Assembly (NCBI GenBank): GCA_000934665.2
Contig: KZ538768.1
Span: 62,001-126,000 of the forward strand
Length of the DNA stretch: 64,000 bases
Direction of reading: 5' to 3'
From: Catajapyx aquilonaris
Taxonomy: Eukaryota
Both the position numbers and the translations under genes were made by a program. Shown one piece after another: positions 52,301 through 64,000 of the stretch (within the stretch, counting starts at the first letter, position 1; every line of letters begins with the position of its first letter). A model generated the notes under the pieces. It saw only the letters and a program-made list of their open reading frames with translations. It did not search any database and was not told where the DNA came from.

Positions 52301-55255
52301 AATAACGAGAAACTTTGAAGATGGGCAGTAGATTAACACATAAAGTCGGTGTCATCCGCTGATTATGAATCATGATCTCCCGCACTATTTTCCAAGTGCC
52401 CCCCCTGCTATTACCCATCCGAAATTTGGTCCCCGGCGCCCGCCCCACTTGCGAAAATGTCATCATAAAGCAAAAAAGAGAGAGAGAGAGTAGAGAGAGA
52501 GAGTGACCTCGTCAGCAAACGACCTGCTGCTGGGTCGGGGGTCTCCAGAGAGCAGTGCGAATTTTGTCGGTTTTGCAGCGTTCATGGATGGTGAAGCATG
52601 AAATGAATTTATAGTTCCTATCAAAATTAGGTCGTTAATTTTTCGTGATTACCCAGGGGATAAAACAGGTTCGCGCCTCGACGGCCCTCCGACGTACTTG
52701 TGCCGCCGGATTATGCTCCCTGTCCACCTATATTTCTCTTATGATTAAAGCAACAGGGGCTTTTTCCGACACACGGTTTTTCTGCTCTCTCTCTCTGCTG
52801 GCCTCTCTCTCTCTTCGGATGATGACGGTGATGCTGGTGGGCTCCTGTCGCGCTGACCTGGACCATTTTCTTGCACGCGGAGCATTATGTTAAGGGGGGG
52901 ATATTGCCGCAATATACTGCGTGCTCCACGATAAACTTACCAGGATGCATGACGCGAGAGGGGGTTTTAAAACACCCGTTAAAAAAATCCGAATGTCACC
53001 TAGTTGGGACTAGTAATTGCAGTCGTGTACTTGAATGCATAATCCCAGCAGTCTGTGTACGTACTCTCTTGAAGGCCTTGCAGTGTGGCATGGATGGTCG
53101 GATTACAGATTTTTAAAGGCATGTGCAAACTGAGCAGGATGCAATTATGTACGCATGAAATTAAAACTCTTCGCCCCGAAGGCGCGTTTCAAACGCCTAA
53201 GCATGTTTCGGTTTGTGAGTGACGTCACTCTTCTTTGGTTCTGACAACAAGCAACTGTTAAACTATACATGTAACATTAACTTACGCCACTTAACACTTT
53301 ACCTAGAGTGTTGACAGTGCACATTGAAGCTACTAATGTACTGTACTGATGCATCGGATGTAACAACATAATACATATTATCTACTCCATATCTATATGT
53401 TAATAAGATTATATTTATATTACATTTTTTTTGCTAAAAATTGAAAAGGTAATATTAATTTTGGAAAGTTCGACGTTCGCAGTAATTATTCCACAAGCCC
53501 ATGTGAAAAAAGTGAGCAAATATATCTGATAATTTATTCATTTCGAGATAATCACCTGCAGTGAAATCGATTGCACTAATTTCATTAATTAAAACTTGCA
53601 AATAAATATTTCATGGTGGTGCCTTAGTTATGGATTAATTTTTTTAAAATTTAATATATTCGTCACACTTCATCATCATTGCTACTGTTTGAGCTCCTCT
53701 GTGAAATATACTTCATAAAGGGGTATGTTGCATGCAAAAATTGTGTACTCTATAAAAGAGTGGGATGAATGCATACAATGTCGCACATCATCCAAGATTA
53801 CATCGTGTTCAGAAGGACATACTGCAAAACAACATGTAAATGGCAGAGGCAAATGCGGTTTTCTGAGGGGACTCTGAATACTCTGACTGCACTAGAGAGA
53901 GTATTACCTCATTTACCTGTACCCTATTACACACGTTGTACATATGAACAATGCTCGCTTGTCTTTCCTTTCCTGCCCTTCATTTCGCAAGAGGACACGA
54001 CACGACGCGACGCTCCTTTTTATAAGCACCAAGAACTTAGAGGGATCATGTCCAACAACTATGAGTCGGATTATTTTGCTAATTTCACGAAAAGGTTGCT
54101 ACTGCACCCCCAGCAGGTCTTGCTCGTGTGAAACAGGTTCGCAGCTGTACCACTCTCGTGTGAGCACACAGCATTCTGAGATACTCTCTGTAACTGTAAC
54201 GTGTACTCACTGAATATGCGTTACTGAATTATGCAATATTATTCATTCATAAATTCCAGGAGTAGTTACAAGTAACGAAAATATTTACACTGCAAGACAT
54301 GTATACCATTTTGGCGTTTGGGGTATAGACTATTAATGAGAATATCATTGAAATGAAATATTCACAATCACAACGTCAGACTTTGGCACATATTATCAGC
54401 AGAGGAAAAGAAACTGAAATTTGATTTTTCGACAGGAACCACCATTAAACTCCTTTGTACGATGCAAGTCAAGACCAATATTTGGAGAGAAGTGTTGGTC
54501 TGTCAGCATGTACACAGGCTATACAACTGTCTGCAGACGTTACTACCCTGTCACATTCGTTTACTCGTACAGTACACCTCGGTTACAACCTATAGTTACT
54601 TTGTGGCACTGCACCAGTTACGAAACAGTTGACATCATCTCGTCTTTGGTTCTGTTGTCGCAACAATTTTTTTCGCGTATAAGCAATAAGGACTGTCTAT
54701 CCAAGACAGCAAAAGAGGTTTGCCTATTACTATATGGCACCATCGCAGCTCCCAAACATTCTCTGCCGTCTTGGAATAAGCGTCACACACTGTATAGACC
54801 AGTCGACATTTGGAGCTTCCGGTTGCACAAACAAGAAATTTTTGCATTGACAACAAGACTGTTTTTCGGAGCATGTTTACCATACAGTATAGTACGACCA
54901 GGGGAGGCGTGCAGTACCTCCCGAGCCTCTGCTTTGACGGTAACCATATTACATCAGCTGCGTATTAGTCCCCACGGCTGAATTACCACATTGCTTTCGG
55001 GTAGCCGGACCCAACCCCCAAGCTGGATGACGCAATTTACAAGCCCAGCAAACTTCCCCTCCCCATCCACGACGTGCCAAGCAGGGAAGCATACCTTTCC
55101 AAGCATCACGCACACAACAATGTACTCCGAAAGAGCTCCCCGGTTTTTGGTCCCCTCCACTCTCTCTCTCTCTCTGTCTACTATCGGCGGGGTCCACTAT
55201 CCCAGCATCCCACGTATCTCTCCATCCCAGCATCACCTACCAATCCCCCCCCCCC

Positions 55256-55379
55256 NNNNNNNNNNNNNNNNNNNNNNNNNNNNNNNNNNNNNNNNNNNNN
55301 NNNNNNNNNNNNNNNNNNNNNNNNNNNNNNNNNNNNNNNNNNNNNNNNNNNNNNNNNNNNNNNNNNNNNNNNNNNNNNN
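55256..55379. other. Assembly gap (N run)
   Basis: Run of N following a C homopolymer. Confidence 1.
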
Positions 55380-58300
55380 GGAGACCTCTCCCCAAATATA
55401 CCCCCCCCCCCCCTCCTCCTGCTCTGTGTGTTGGTCCCCCCTCACCTCAAATCGAGGCCGCAGCCTTATTCTCTTCCCAGACACTGCAGGCATACGGATT
55501 GCTGGCTTGGGATACACACACACACACTGTCGATCTGCTGCCTGCCTGCTAGGATTATCAGACCAGGATTACACACGGTTGGGATGGGAAGGCCCACCCC
55601 CTTTTTTTGGAAGGGAAGGGAAGGAAGAGAGGGGAAAAAATTGCGAATTGTCGAGTCATGAGGATGTGAAAATGTATGTCGCCTGCGGTGAGATCATGGA
55701 GTGATTAGCATGCGAGTGGCGTCACGTAATCTTGGAAACGGACGTGGTGAAGAGACCAGAAAGAGGAGGGGGTCATTTTCGAACCATCCGGTCCTGACCT
55801 GGTCCAATACGTGCCAATCCAGATTGGTCATCACCACATTTCATGTCAACATGGATGAATGATGTTGGCATCGAAACAACCCGACAGAACAAGCAGAACC
55901 AGGGGAGGAATAAACTGAATTTTTAGGTCACAGGAGGCCCTCTCGAGTGGACTTTTATTAGATTTGATGACATATTAGTGTGATTCGCATTTCTCTGATC
56001 TGGTTTGAAGGTGACCTCAGTCAAACAAAAGTCACTGGAATAAAGATTTTGTATTCGCCGTTTTCTCCCGGTTTCATCAGTTGTATTTGATTTTCAGTTG
56101 ATGTATATGTCTTATTGTGACGTGGTTCAATTAATGCTTACATCAAAGGCAAATAAAGGGATCATTGGCACCATGTGACCCTCCGCGATATTTGTGTTAT
56201 TGAATAGCCCATTGAATGGGCTTTCCATCGACTGATCGACATAATCTAATCAGAGGTCAGAGTTGGGCCTCTCCGTCATAACGAGGAAAATGGATTACAG
56301 TTTACACCATGCATATGACAAGTGTCATTGGTCAGGGGTCAGATGTGGCAAAGTCGCAACGAGCGTGGCAGGACTCGGGCCACATTTGAGGAGGTCGTCT
56401 GTTCAATCAATGTGTTCTGTTGTGTCTTCTAGGTCTACATTATGTGCAAGTAAGGAAAGGATTCCTTTCAGGATGTAATATTTATAGGTCGCCAGAGGTA
56501 ATTTTTTATTGGAAGTTGTCCCTATTAATATATTATCCCCATAATGCCGATGTTTTCCCCATTTCAAACATAATCGCATTCTAGAAAGGTAAAAGCGGAT
56601 AAAAGGATCATTTCTGATGACTACATAATATGATTTTGCCAAACGCTAATCCCCCTTTGATCAACATAATATATCATTCAGGAGAACGAATCTTATCTCT
56701 CAAGTAAAACGCACCTCAACTAACCCTACACCTGTAATAAGTGCTTCATCTCTTTTCCATGATTCATCAAGTGCGTTTAGGGGCAACATCCTGCTGACCA
56801 CTAAATCAAATCTGGCCTGATGGAAAAAAGACTTATAATTTGGTACTTGACCTAGTATGCCCACTAATAAATAGGCAAAGTAGGCCCATTTTCAATGTTT
56901 AAATCTGATTCCAATAAACCTGCTTTCCATTCCATTACTGTAATAGTAATTTTTTTGTTCCCCTTGAAGCAATTCGGCCCCACAATTTGAAAACCCAATA
57001 ACTGCGTTTCCCTTTTTGTCCAATTTAAAACGTGATAACATGTCAAAGTGGATCAAAAAGGAAATGCAGACGTTGCTTTTGGAATACCGAGGCCGAATTT
57101 AATGTCATAATAATTTTGAAAGCTTAATATTTCTGCATATAATAGGAATTGATGTTACTCAAATTAACCCAACAAATGCGCCTATATATAGTTATAGATA
57201 TTTCCCTTGCGAAATTTCCAGGCCTTGGCCACAACTCAGTCACCTTTTGTCACAGTAAATTGTTGCTGGACCCAGTGACTCCTCTCTCCTCGGACCTTGG
57301 AGCCTCCATCTCCGCTTATCTCGCGTATAATATGCCCTAAAATCAACTTACGATGTGATTAAAGCGGGCCATAATATTTTAACATTTTTATGGGTAATAT
57401 TCAGCACAGGGGTAGTAGATATTTCAAGTAGACTGTGAGTCAAGCACTCGGGTATCTTCCCTCGCGGAGTATCTGTCAGGAGCCTCCGTTATATAACGCA
57501 TTTTAACTTAAAATTGTGCAGCAATGATGGCGTATAATTCGAAATAAAATTTTCGTCCTTTACACTGTACAAGTTCAGAGAATAAACAATGGAGAGTGGG
57601 GGAGAAAATTTGTGTTGTTTCTTCCAGCAACAGTTATGACCAAATTAATTGCAGTAGTTGATCATTCTTATTAAACTATACCTGCTGGAGGTAAATATTG
57701 CAGGATTTATTCTCCCCTCTCCTTGGGTAAACTGTATACAATAACAGTGAGCCTGCCTGTTGTATGGAAGTTTTTACATGTCAGGAATGTTTGTATACTT
57801 CTCCCTGTATTTTTTTAAGGCGTCCAGCACCCTTTACAGAAGCTGCAAGAACTGCAAACAAAATCACCGGGTGTACGTAACGAAACAAAGCTGGTGTCGC
57901 TTCCGACTTTCAGAAAAAAAAAGGAAAGGAAAGGGTGGGGGGTGTTGGTGGGGGTGAGCATCTTCTTCTGTAGATGGTCCCATAAACTCCGGTAAACTCC
58001 GGAAGGAAGCAATCAGAGCGGAGGCGCTACGTCTCATCTGATTCGATCCTTCGGAGAAAAATGCGCCCACGTGGGAGCCCGGATATTGTCCCGAAGCCTT
58101 TTTGCAAAGCAGCAAGGTTGAAAGGCAAACTTCGACTCCAGCTAAAGAAAGAGAAGAAAAAAGAAGAAGGAAAACGTTGGGGGGATTGGGTGTGGAAAAG
58201 TATAGTAAGGAAAAAGGGGGGGGGGGGGGTGGAGGAAAAAACTGTACTTTTTATATATACAGTGTGTCCCATACCTCACACTGACGAAGACAGATCCACC

Positions 58301-61284
58301 TAGTTTTTTTCATTCCCCCCCCCCCTTTTTTTCCCTTTTCCTTTTTTTTAAATTTTTGCTCCAACCGTAAATGCTGCGTATTATGATTTATGATGGTGGT
58401 TGTTTGTCATTATGGAAGCCCCTGCATTGTCCCCCTCTACCCTCATCCACACTCCCACTGTCGCTTTCACTACCGTTTATTTTCCCGGTCGGCTATTATT
58501 CTTTCAAATGAAGTTTCGACGATGTATGCATGACAGCTTGGATGTCCCCGAATGTAAAGCAGCGATATATTATCTGAACATAGCCAGCCAATAGGGAGCT
58601 GCCGTACCCGCTCCCCAAAATAACCCTGCGGAAATGTTATGGATGGCCTGGGTCACGTCATTAGCCTTTTCATGATCGGGACCAGGCCTATACAAAGTAT
58701 TTCTTCACTTGGTCAACCGGATGGTGACGTAAAATTGTCCAGTTCCCTGCAGCCCCCAGCCCACACTTCCAGTTGCGGTTTCAAATGTTCAAAAATCTAC
58801 ATTTTCAGCCCTACCTCGATGCGCATGCCATTTCGTTAATATTGCACGCTTTTATTGATTAATATTAGAAATTTTGTATGTCATGATTCATGAAAATGTG
58901 CTGTTGCGTGCACTAAGAATTATAACATGAGTGATTTAATTGCAACCGTAATATTTAGTAATTCATAATTTGAATGATGTAATTTTTTTTTAGTTCATGG
59001 GTTGGTTCATGCCAGCAACCGACTTAGTAAGAAGAAATCGCCACAGCAAATGAGGAACATACTGTATACATCTATAGTGACACGGACGACTGGTTATCCC
59101 ATTGCAACCTCTCACTCTATCCGGACAGTCGTACTGCGCAAAAAAGAGGACAAGAGGAAGGGTCACATGTGCGCCGTGAGGGAATTGAATGCTGGCCGCA
59201 GCCTCACTCTTTGCCACAGCAGGATGCACCAGAGAGCTAGAGGAGAGAAAAGACCTTCGCGACATCTTAATTAAAGGGGTTTATGGAGCATGGTGGGTGT
59301 ATAGCCATATAGCCTTGAGGGAGAACCGGCCACAATCCATTTTCCTCCGTCGGTTCCGCCTAAGGGCCAACCCCGCCGCCAAACCTCGGGCTTTGCTAAT
59401 AAACTTTGGGCCCTCCCCTGTTCTGCAGCCCCTCTGTCTCTCCTACCCCCACGGGACACGACAAGAACCAACCCGGATGAAGCCCATCATGCAGCTATGC
59501 CTATTTCTAGACTATTCCAAAGACAGCCCGGGAATTAATTGCAATGTGTACACAATCCACGACTGGATTAAGATCTCCAAGTTGGAAAATCCCATTTGCG
59601 TGTACGTATGTTAATAAGGACACTGCAGCAGGAGAGTTTCCTTGTAGAGCCCCAGAGGATGGCTGGCTGGACTGACTGCTGCGTAACTAGTTTGGAAGAA
59701 TTGCACTCAGACGCGCAATGGGATTGCTTGTGCGCTAATTTCTTGGCTGGATTGGAGTTTCCAGCACCAGGGACAGGTATATATAGCAATGGGTAGTAGG
59801 TACCAAATGATACGTATGAAACACCTGACCACCTCCAGAATGGCTGATGACCACTTTTCACCACACCAAAGTTAGGCGTCGCCAGCATCCAAACCAACGC
59901 AAATTCAGCAACAACCTCCTAACTAGTGCCATCCCGGGTATAATTGCTGAGCTCGTCGCAAAACAATCGCAGGGATGACAATCCAGGATGTAGTTTACGG
60001 CCCGTTACTGCGCCCCATGTCGGTGTCTGTTCATCAGCAGTGAAATGAGCCTAGGCCTAGTCCATCCTCCATCATCAACACGTGATGCCCAAGCTCTTCT
60101 CTCTCTCACACATACACACAGAGAGGCGTATGATGGCGTCCCCCCCCCCCCTCTCACCCCCACTCTAAGTTTGGGTAGGTTCCCATTGCTTGTGGTGGGG
60201 ACTAATTTGGTCTGATATCCTTGCGGCTGAAAGCACCTAATGAGATAACAACGGCAACGAGTTATTCGCTGTTGATTTACGTGCACCCGGACCAGGCTTT
60301 CGCCACCCGACTGCACCAATAGCTGCAGCCCACGAAAATTAAGTCCTAATTAACTTAATGGGGATTGTTGAGGCGGTCTGGGATTCAGGGAGTGGAGGAG
60401 GGGGGGAGAGGGCTGGGGAGGGAGGGGGGACTGGAAACACGACGGGAATGACACCCGTCATGACGACCATTGTCATCCTGCTGTCCTAATGTGGCTTGTT
60501 CACTGCAGGAATGGCTCTTTGCACACAAATAAAATCACCTCTGCGTTGATGACATTTACTGATTCGGACGAAATTATACCGCCTGTGATCGTTATGAATA
60601 GTGAGTGGGCATCATAGTGCAATCGCCGCTCTTTTTTTGGGGGGGCATGTAGGCAAATGCATTTTTTTTTGGTCTCTTTGTTAAGCCATCCTACATGTAG
60701 GCAATGATATAGCCTACTGTACGTGAGCTCCTGTATATTCACCAAACTCGTTCCAGAAATTAGAATTAAAATTACTGAACAAACGTCAGTGTGTGCTGTC
60801 ACTGCATAAAATGACAGACATCGAGACATGATAGGTGATCTTGTTGTGAAGTAATTTGCCTTTTGGTTCCGTTGCACTAACAATGTCAGTAGTATCTCCC
60901 GGGACCTCTATGTAAACGAACAAGTAAGTGACTTGTACAGGTGCAACTGTACGCAGGTGCTGGTGGAGCCTACACGCAAAACAACAAGCTCATTCATAGA
61001 ATTTTCTCCCCTCGCGGAGGAAATCTGGCCAATATCTCTCAAGTTTCACACCCTCTTTTTGGGTTGTGTGTGGCCAGCATCTGCTATATGCACCAGCCGA
61101 CCCCCATAAATATGTCAAGAAAGATCACATTTCACCCCAAAAGACTTCTTGGACCACTGACAATGCTTCAATACTGTCCAGAGCTCCAGACTCTTGCTCT
61201 GGACTCTGATTGCCTCATCATAAGAAGCCATCCTGTATATTTTATTCGTGTGTCCGGGTTCTGCGCCTACGTCACAATTACAAT

Positions 61285-62016
61285 CATAGGCGTGCGCAGG
61301 GTTCGGAAACAACGTGGGCACAGCCCCGGACTTAGGGGCCCTGGGGTCCCTAGGCAGTTAACCAGGTCGCCCCCCCCCCCCTCTTTCCCGTATTTTTCAT
61401 ACTATAAAAAAACCGTTCATTTCATTTTTATTTGACATTATTTACCTTCAAGCCAATAGACAAGTGTCACCAGTTACTTAATCCAAATGAAGCATGAAGG
61501 TGCTGACACTTTCGGATGATTTTTACGCTGCTATAACTGGAGAAAATTGTGACAAAAAGTAACAAGTTAATTATAAAATTTCGATGAGATTGAATTTGTT
61601 TAAAAAAAACCGCCTTCGGCGCCAGGGCCCCCTCGGACGCTGGGGCCCTAGGCAGCTGCCTTGTTTGCCTAGGCGAAAGTCCGGCCCTGGGTGGGCATAG
61701 GCCACTGGGGGGCCTTGAATAAAACCTGACAAAGAGGGTCGATCTTCCTCATTGCAATAAGTAAATTTCATATATATAATTTTATAGAATTAGGATAGCT
61801 TTAAAATTAAAAGGCTAGGCCTACTAATTATAGGAGGAAATACGTTCGACTTTTTTCAATTTTTGTAGTATTACTAAATTAGGCACACTCTCCTGCTGAG
61901 TTGCCAAGAGTGGCAATATTGCCTTTATAAGGGGAGGGATGAATGTGGGGAAGGGTAGAAGCAGGGCCACCTACTTCAAGGTGGGCACGTGGCGCCCACC
62001 CGTGCGCACGCATATG
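61285..62016. mobile_element. hAT-like MITE, outer element interrupted by the 61321-61689 insertion
   Basis: Terminal inverted repeats CATAGGCGTGCGCA / TGCGCACGCATATG (13/14). Flanks ATTACAAT and ATTATACAAT look like an 8-bp TSD with a TA slippage. Confidence 0.78.
61321..61689. mobile_element. hAT-type non-autonomous element (MITE), inner element
   Basis: Terminal inverted repeats CAGCCCCGGACTT / AAGTCCGGCCCTG (11/13 match). 8-bp target-site duplication CGTGGGCA / GGTGGGCA (7/8). Subterminal CCCTAGGCAG repeated at both ends. No coding capacity. Confidence 0.85.
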
Positions 62017-63429
62017 ATTATACAATATTTATTTTGACTGTGATTTTGCCTTTTTGGCATACAATAATATTTGAGCGAATAATATGACAGGTCTGCAATG
62101 GTTGTTGTGCAGGGCATGTTTTTAACTTCCAGCTTATGCCATTCACTCTATGGCTCTCGAATGTAGTTTTTATTTTTACACGCTTTTTATTTTTCAGGCT
62201 AATATGTCGCATGGTCTGTCGCACTTGTTAGCGACAGACTGCTTCCGGTTTTGTCCGGTGCTGCCACCTACACCTGTCATCCCTCATAAGAAAAGAGCAG
62301 CTACAGGTCAAATAACAGCTATCTGCCAACCCAATTAATAGGCCTAAACTACACAAAAATTATAAGGATTTGTGCCAAGGATTTAATTGAAAATGCAGCC
62401 CAACAACGCTGGTCGTTGTTGCTCAGACGTGTGGTCACACCCGGAGAGCTAATTGGTTGCCGGGTTGGTTCCTCCTGCTCCGGACACGCAGCTTTATTAG
62501 TCAGAGAGGGCCTTCCTGGAGAGAAGACGTGTGGATTTAGGAGCGGCAAAGCAAGCAACGTAGCATCGTCCTCTTTCTCTCTCTTCGGCTCTGGCTGGCG
62601 TGGTCCAAGGTGGTGCTGAGGACAAGACGCTGCTGGTACCAGCCATGGCAGGACGGGAAGCACCAAGGAGGACCAGTCTGGTGAGGATCCTCCCCCCAAC
62701 TTACATCGCTTCTCCCCCAATATCGCCCACACAGCATGGCCAGGGCTGGCTGGCTCAGCACGTGTTTCATCACCCACTTGCATTTTGTCACAACAACAAT
62801 GATGATGATCCTCCACATACTCAACTGAATGCATCTCGGAGCAAACTAGCCAAACTGCTGCCAGGTGCCGGTCATCATGTTGCCTTCTGCAGTCTCTTCC
62901 TCCCTCTGGACATGTTTTGTATTTATCATGGTCAAATTACCATTATTGACAAGGGTAGTCAAATTTCATGATTGGGAACTACACCATTGCAATAAGGCTA
63001 GGCCCACCACATGCATTTCATCACACAGCCAATACAGGGTGAAGGGAAGCTCGTAGACAATCGCCAGGTAGACTGATATATAGTACTTGCAAAACTAATA
63101 TATGGATGTGCAATTAGTTTTTGACTCCGTTGCGTCGTTAACGCCTACGGGGCTTTAGAGAGGGCCGGATGGTAAAATATGAGGTAAAAACGACAAAGTG
63201 CATGGGTGTCGCACTCCGATTCTTACTCTGATGGGATTTGATCACCTATTGCACATGATGCGTTAAGGGACCAAGGCTGGATTGTTCGGAGGCAAGGCAT
63301 AACAGCATGAAACTACGAGTATATGATATCAATAATTATTTTTGCAGCACTGTTTGGAACCACCACTGCCTTAGTTGATGCAATTTTTCCACTGCTGTCA
63401 CTTTTATCGACATATCTTGTATTCTTTAG

Positions 63430-63939
63430 AATCTCTGTCCACGAGAAAAGGAGAGGAAGTTCTTGGAGCCAGTGAGACTTCAACCTAAGCAAAAGCCTAA
63501 CATTCCTTGTACATTGACATATTTCAACTCCCCGTCGGAGATATGGGTGCAGCTCAGCGTAAACAGTTTGATCTTGGGGGCCTTGATGAAAGAACTTGAG
63601 ACTGTGGGCCCTACCTTCATGCCCCTAAAGCCTGACACCTTTAAAGTGGGGGACATGGTTGCAGTGGAGTATGAGAATGAATGGTGTCGTGCGAAGGTCA
63701 CCTCTATTGCCCTCCGAATAGGCATTCAGTATGTGGATTATGGCAATAGAGACGAAGTCAGTGCTTCACAAGTGTTTGACCTGCCGGAGGAGTGCAAGAA
63801 CTTGGCTCCACTGGCCACGCAATGCAGCCTGGCACGCGTGAAGGAAAGGGACTGGCAGACAGGCTGGGGCCAAGCTGCTTGTGCTCTTCTTGCCAAGTTC
63901 ATGAAGAAGAAGACCATCTCCGTAGAGTGCATTGCCCTG
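63430..63939 (+). CDS. Internal exon encoding an extended Tudor (Tudor-SN type) domain of a TDRD-like protein; gene continues beyond the window
   Basis: Absent from the ORF track because the frame runs off the window end. TTCTTTAG| acceptor, CTG|GTGAGT donor and 170 open codons: ...LTYFNSPSEIWVQL...FKVGDMVAVEYENEWCRAKV...IQYVDYGNRDEV...DLPEECKNLAPLATQCSLARV...W. These are the SP-x-x-W-V-Q, W-x-R, YVDYGN and LP...CSL hallmarks of extended Tudor domains. Confidence 0.92.
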
Positions 63940-64000
63940 GTGAGTCTTGGTTTGTTAAGACTGTTGACAAGAGCTTTTTGGAGCTTATTTATAGCATTAC

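Noticed and set aside
54421..54981. 186-aa ORF
   Set aside because: No recognisable family, a non-ATG start, and no convincing splice boundaries.
56400..57050. AT-rich stretch with short protein-like minus-strand frames (possible decayed TE or viral insert)
   Set aside because: Interrupted by stops with no motif I could identify; needs tBLASTx.
1..64000. CRISPR arrays, tRNA or rRNA genes, transposase or reverse-transcriptase ORFs
   Set aside because: No regularly spaced repeats, cloverleaf motifs, rRNA signatures or catalytic motifs were seen; the DNA is a spliceosomal-intron locus.

Overview
Eukaryotic (arthropod-like) genomic DNA; the short ORFs in the six-frame track are almost all spurious. 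Bases 1-49.3 kb hold the 3' part of a + strand TIA-1/TIAR (Drosophila Rox8-like) RNA-binding protein gene. Seven coding exons with GT-AG boundaries and mutually consistent phases encode the second half of RRM2, all of RRM3 and the Q/Y/G-rich prion-like tail. A probable ~5.9-kb 3' UTR follows. The RRM1 and early RRM2 exons lie upstream of the window, so the first visible intron is >14.7 kb. At the far end is a 510-nt exon encoding an extended Tudor domain of a second gene, preceded by two nested hAT-type MITEs. The most unusual signal is non-coding. The large TIAR introns carry many nested multi-stem RNA fold candidates, complementary pyrimidine/purine tract pairs, several frame-breaking cassette-exon candidates, and a chain of mini-introns/microexons ending in an AG|GT site at 28.6-29.0 kb. 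Together these suggest a structure- and decoy-based splicing control system on the TIAR pre-mRNA. That reading is inference from manual inspection and needs folding statistics, conservation and RNA-seq tests.
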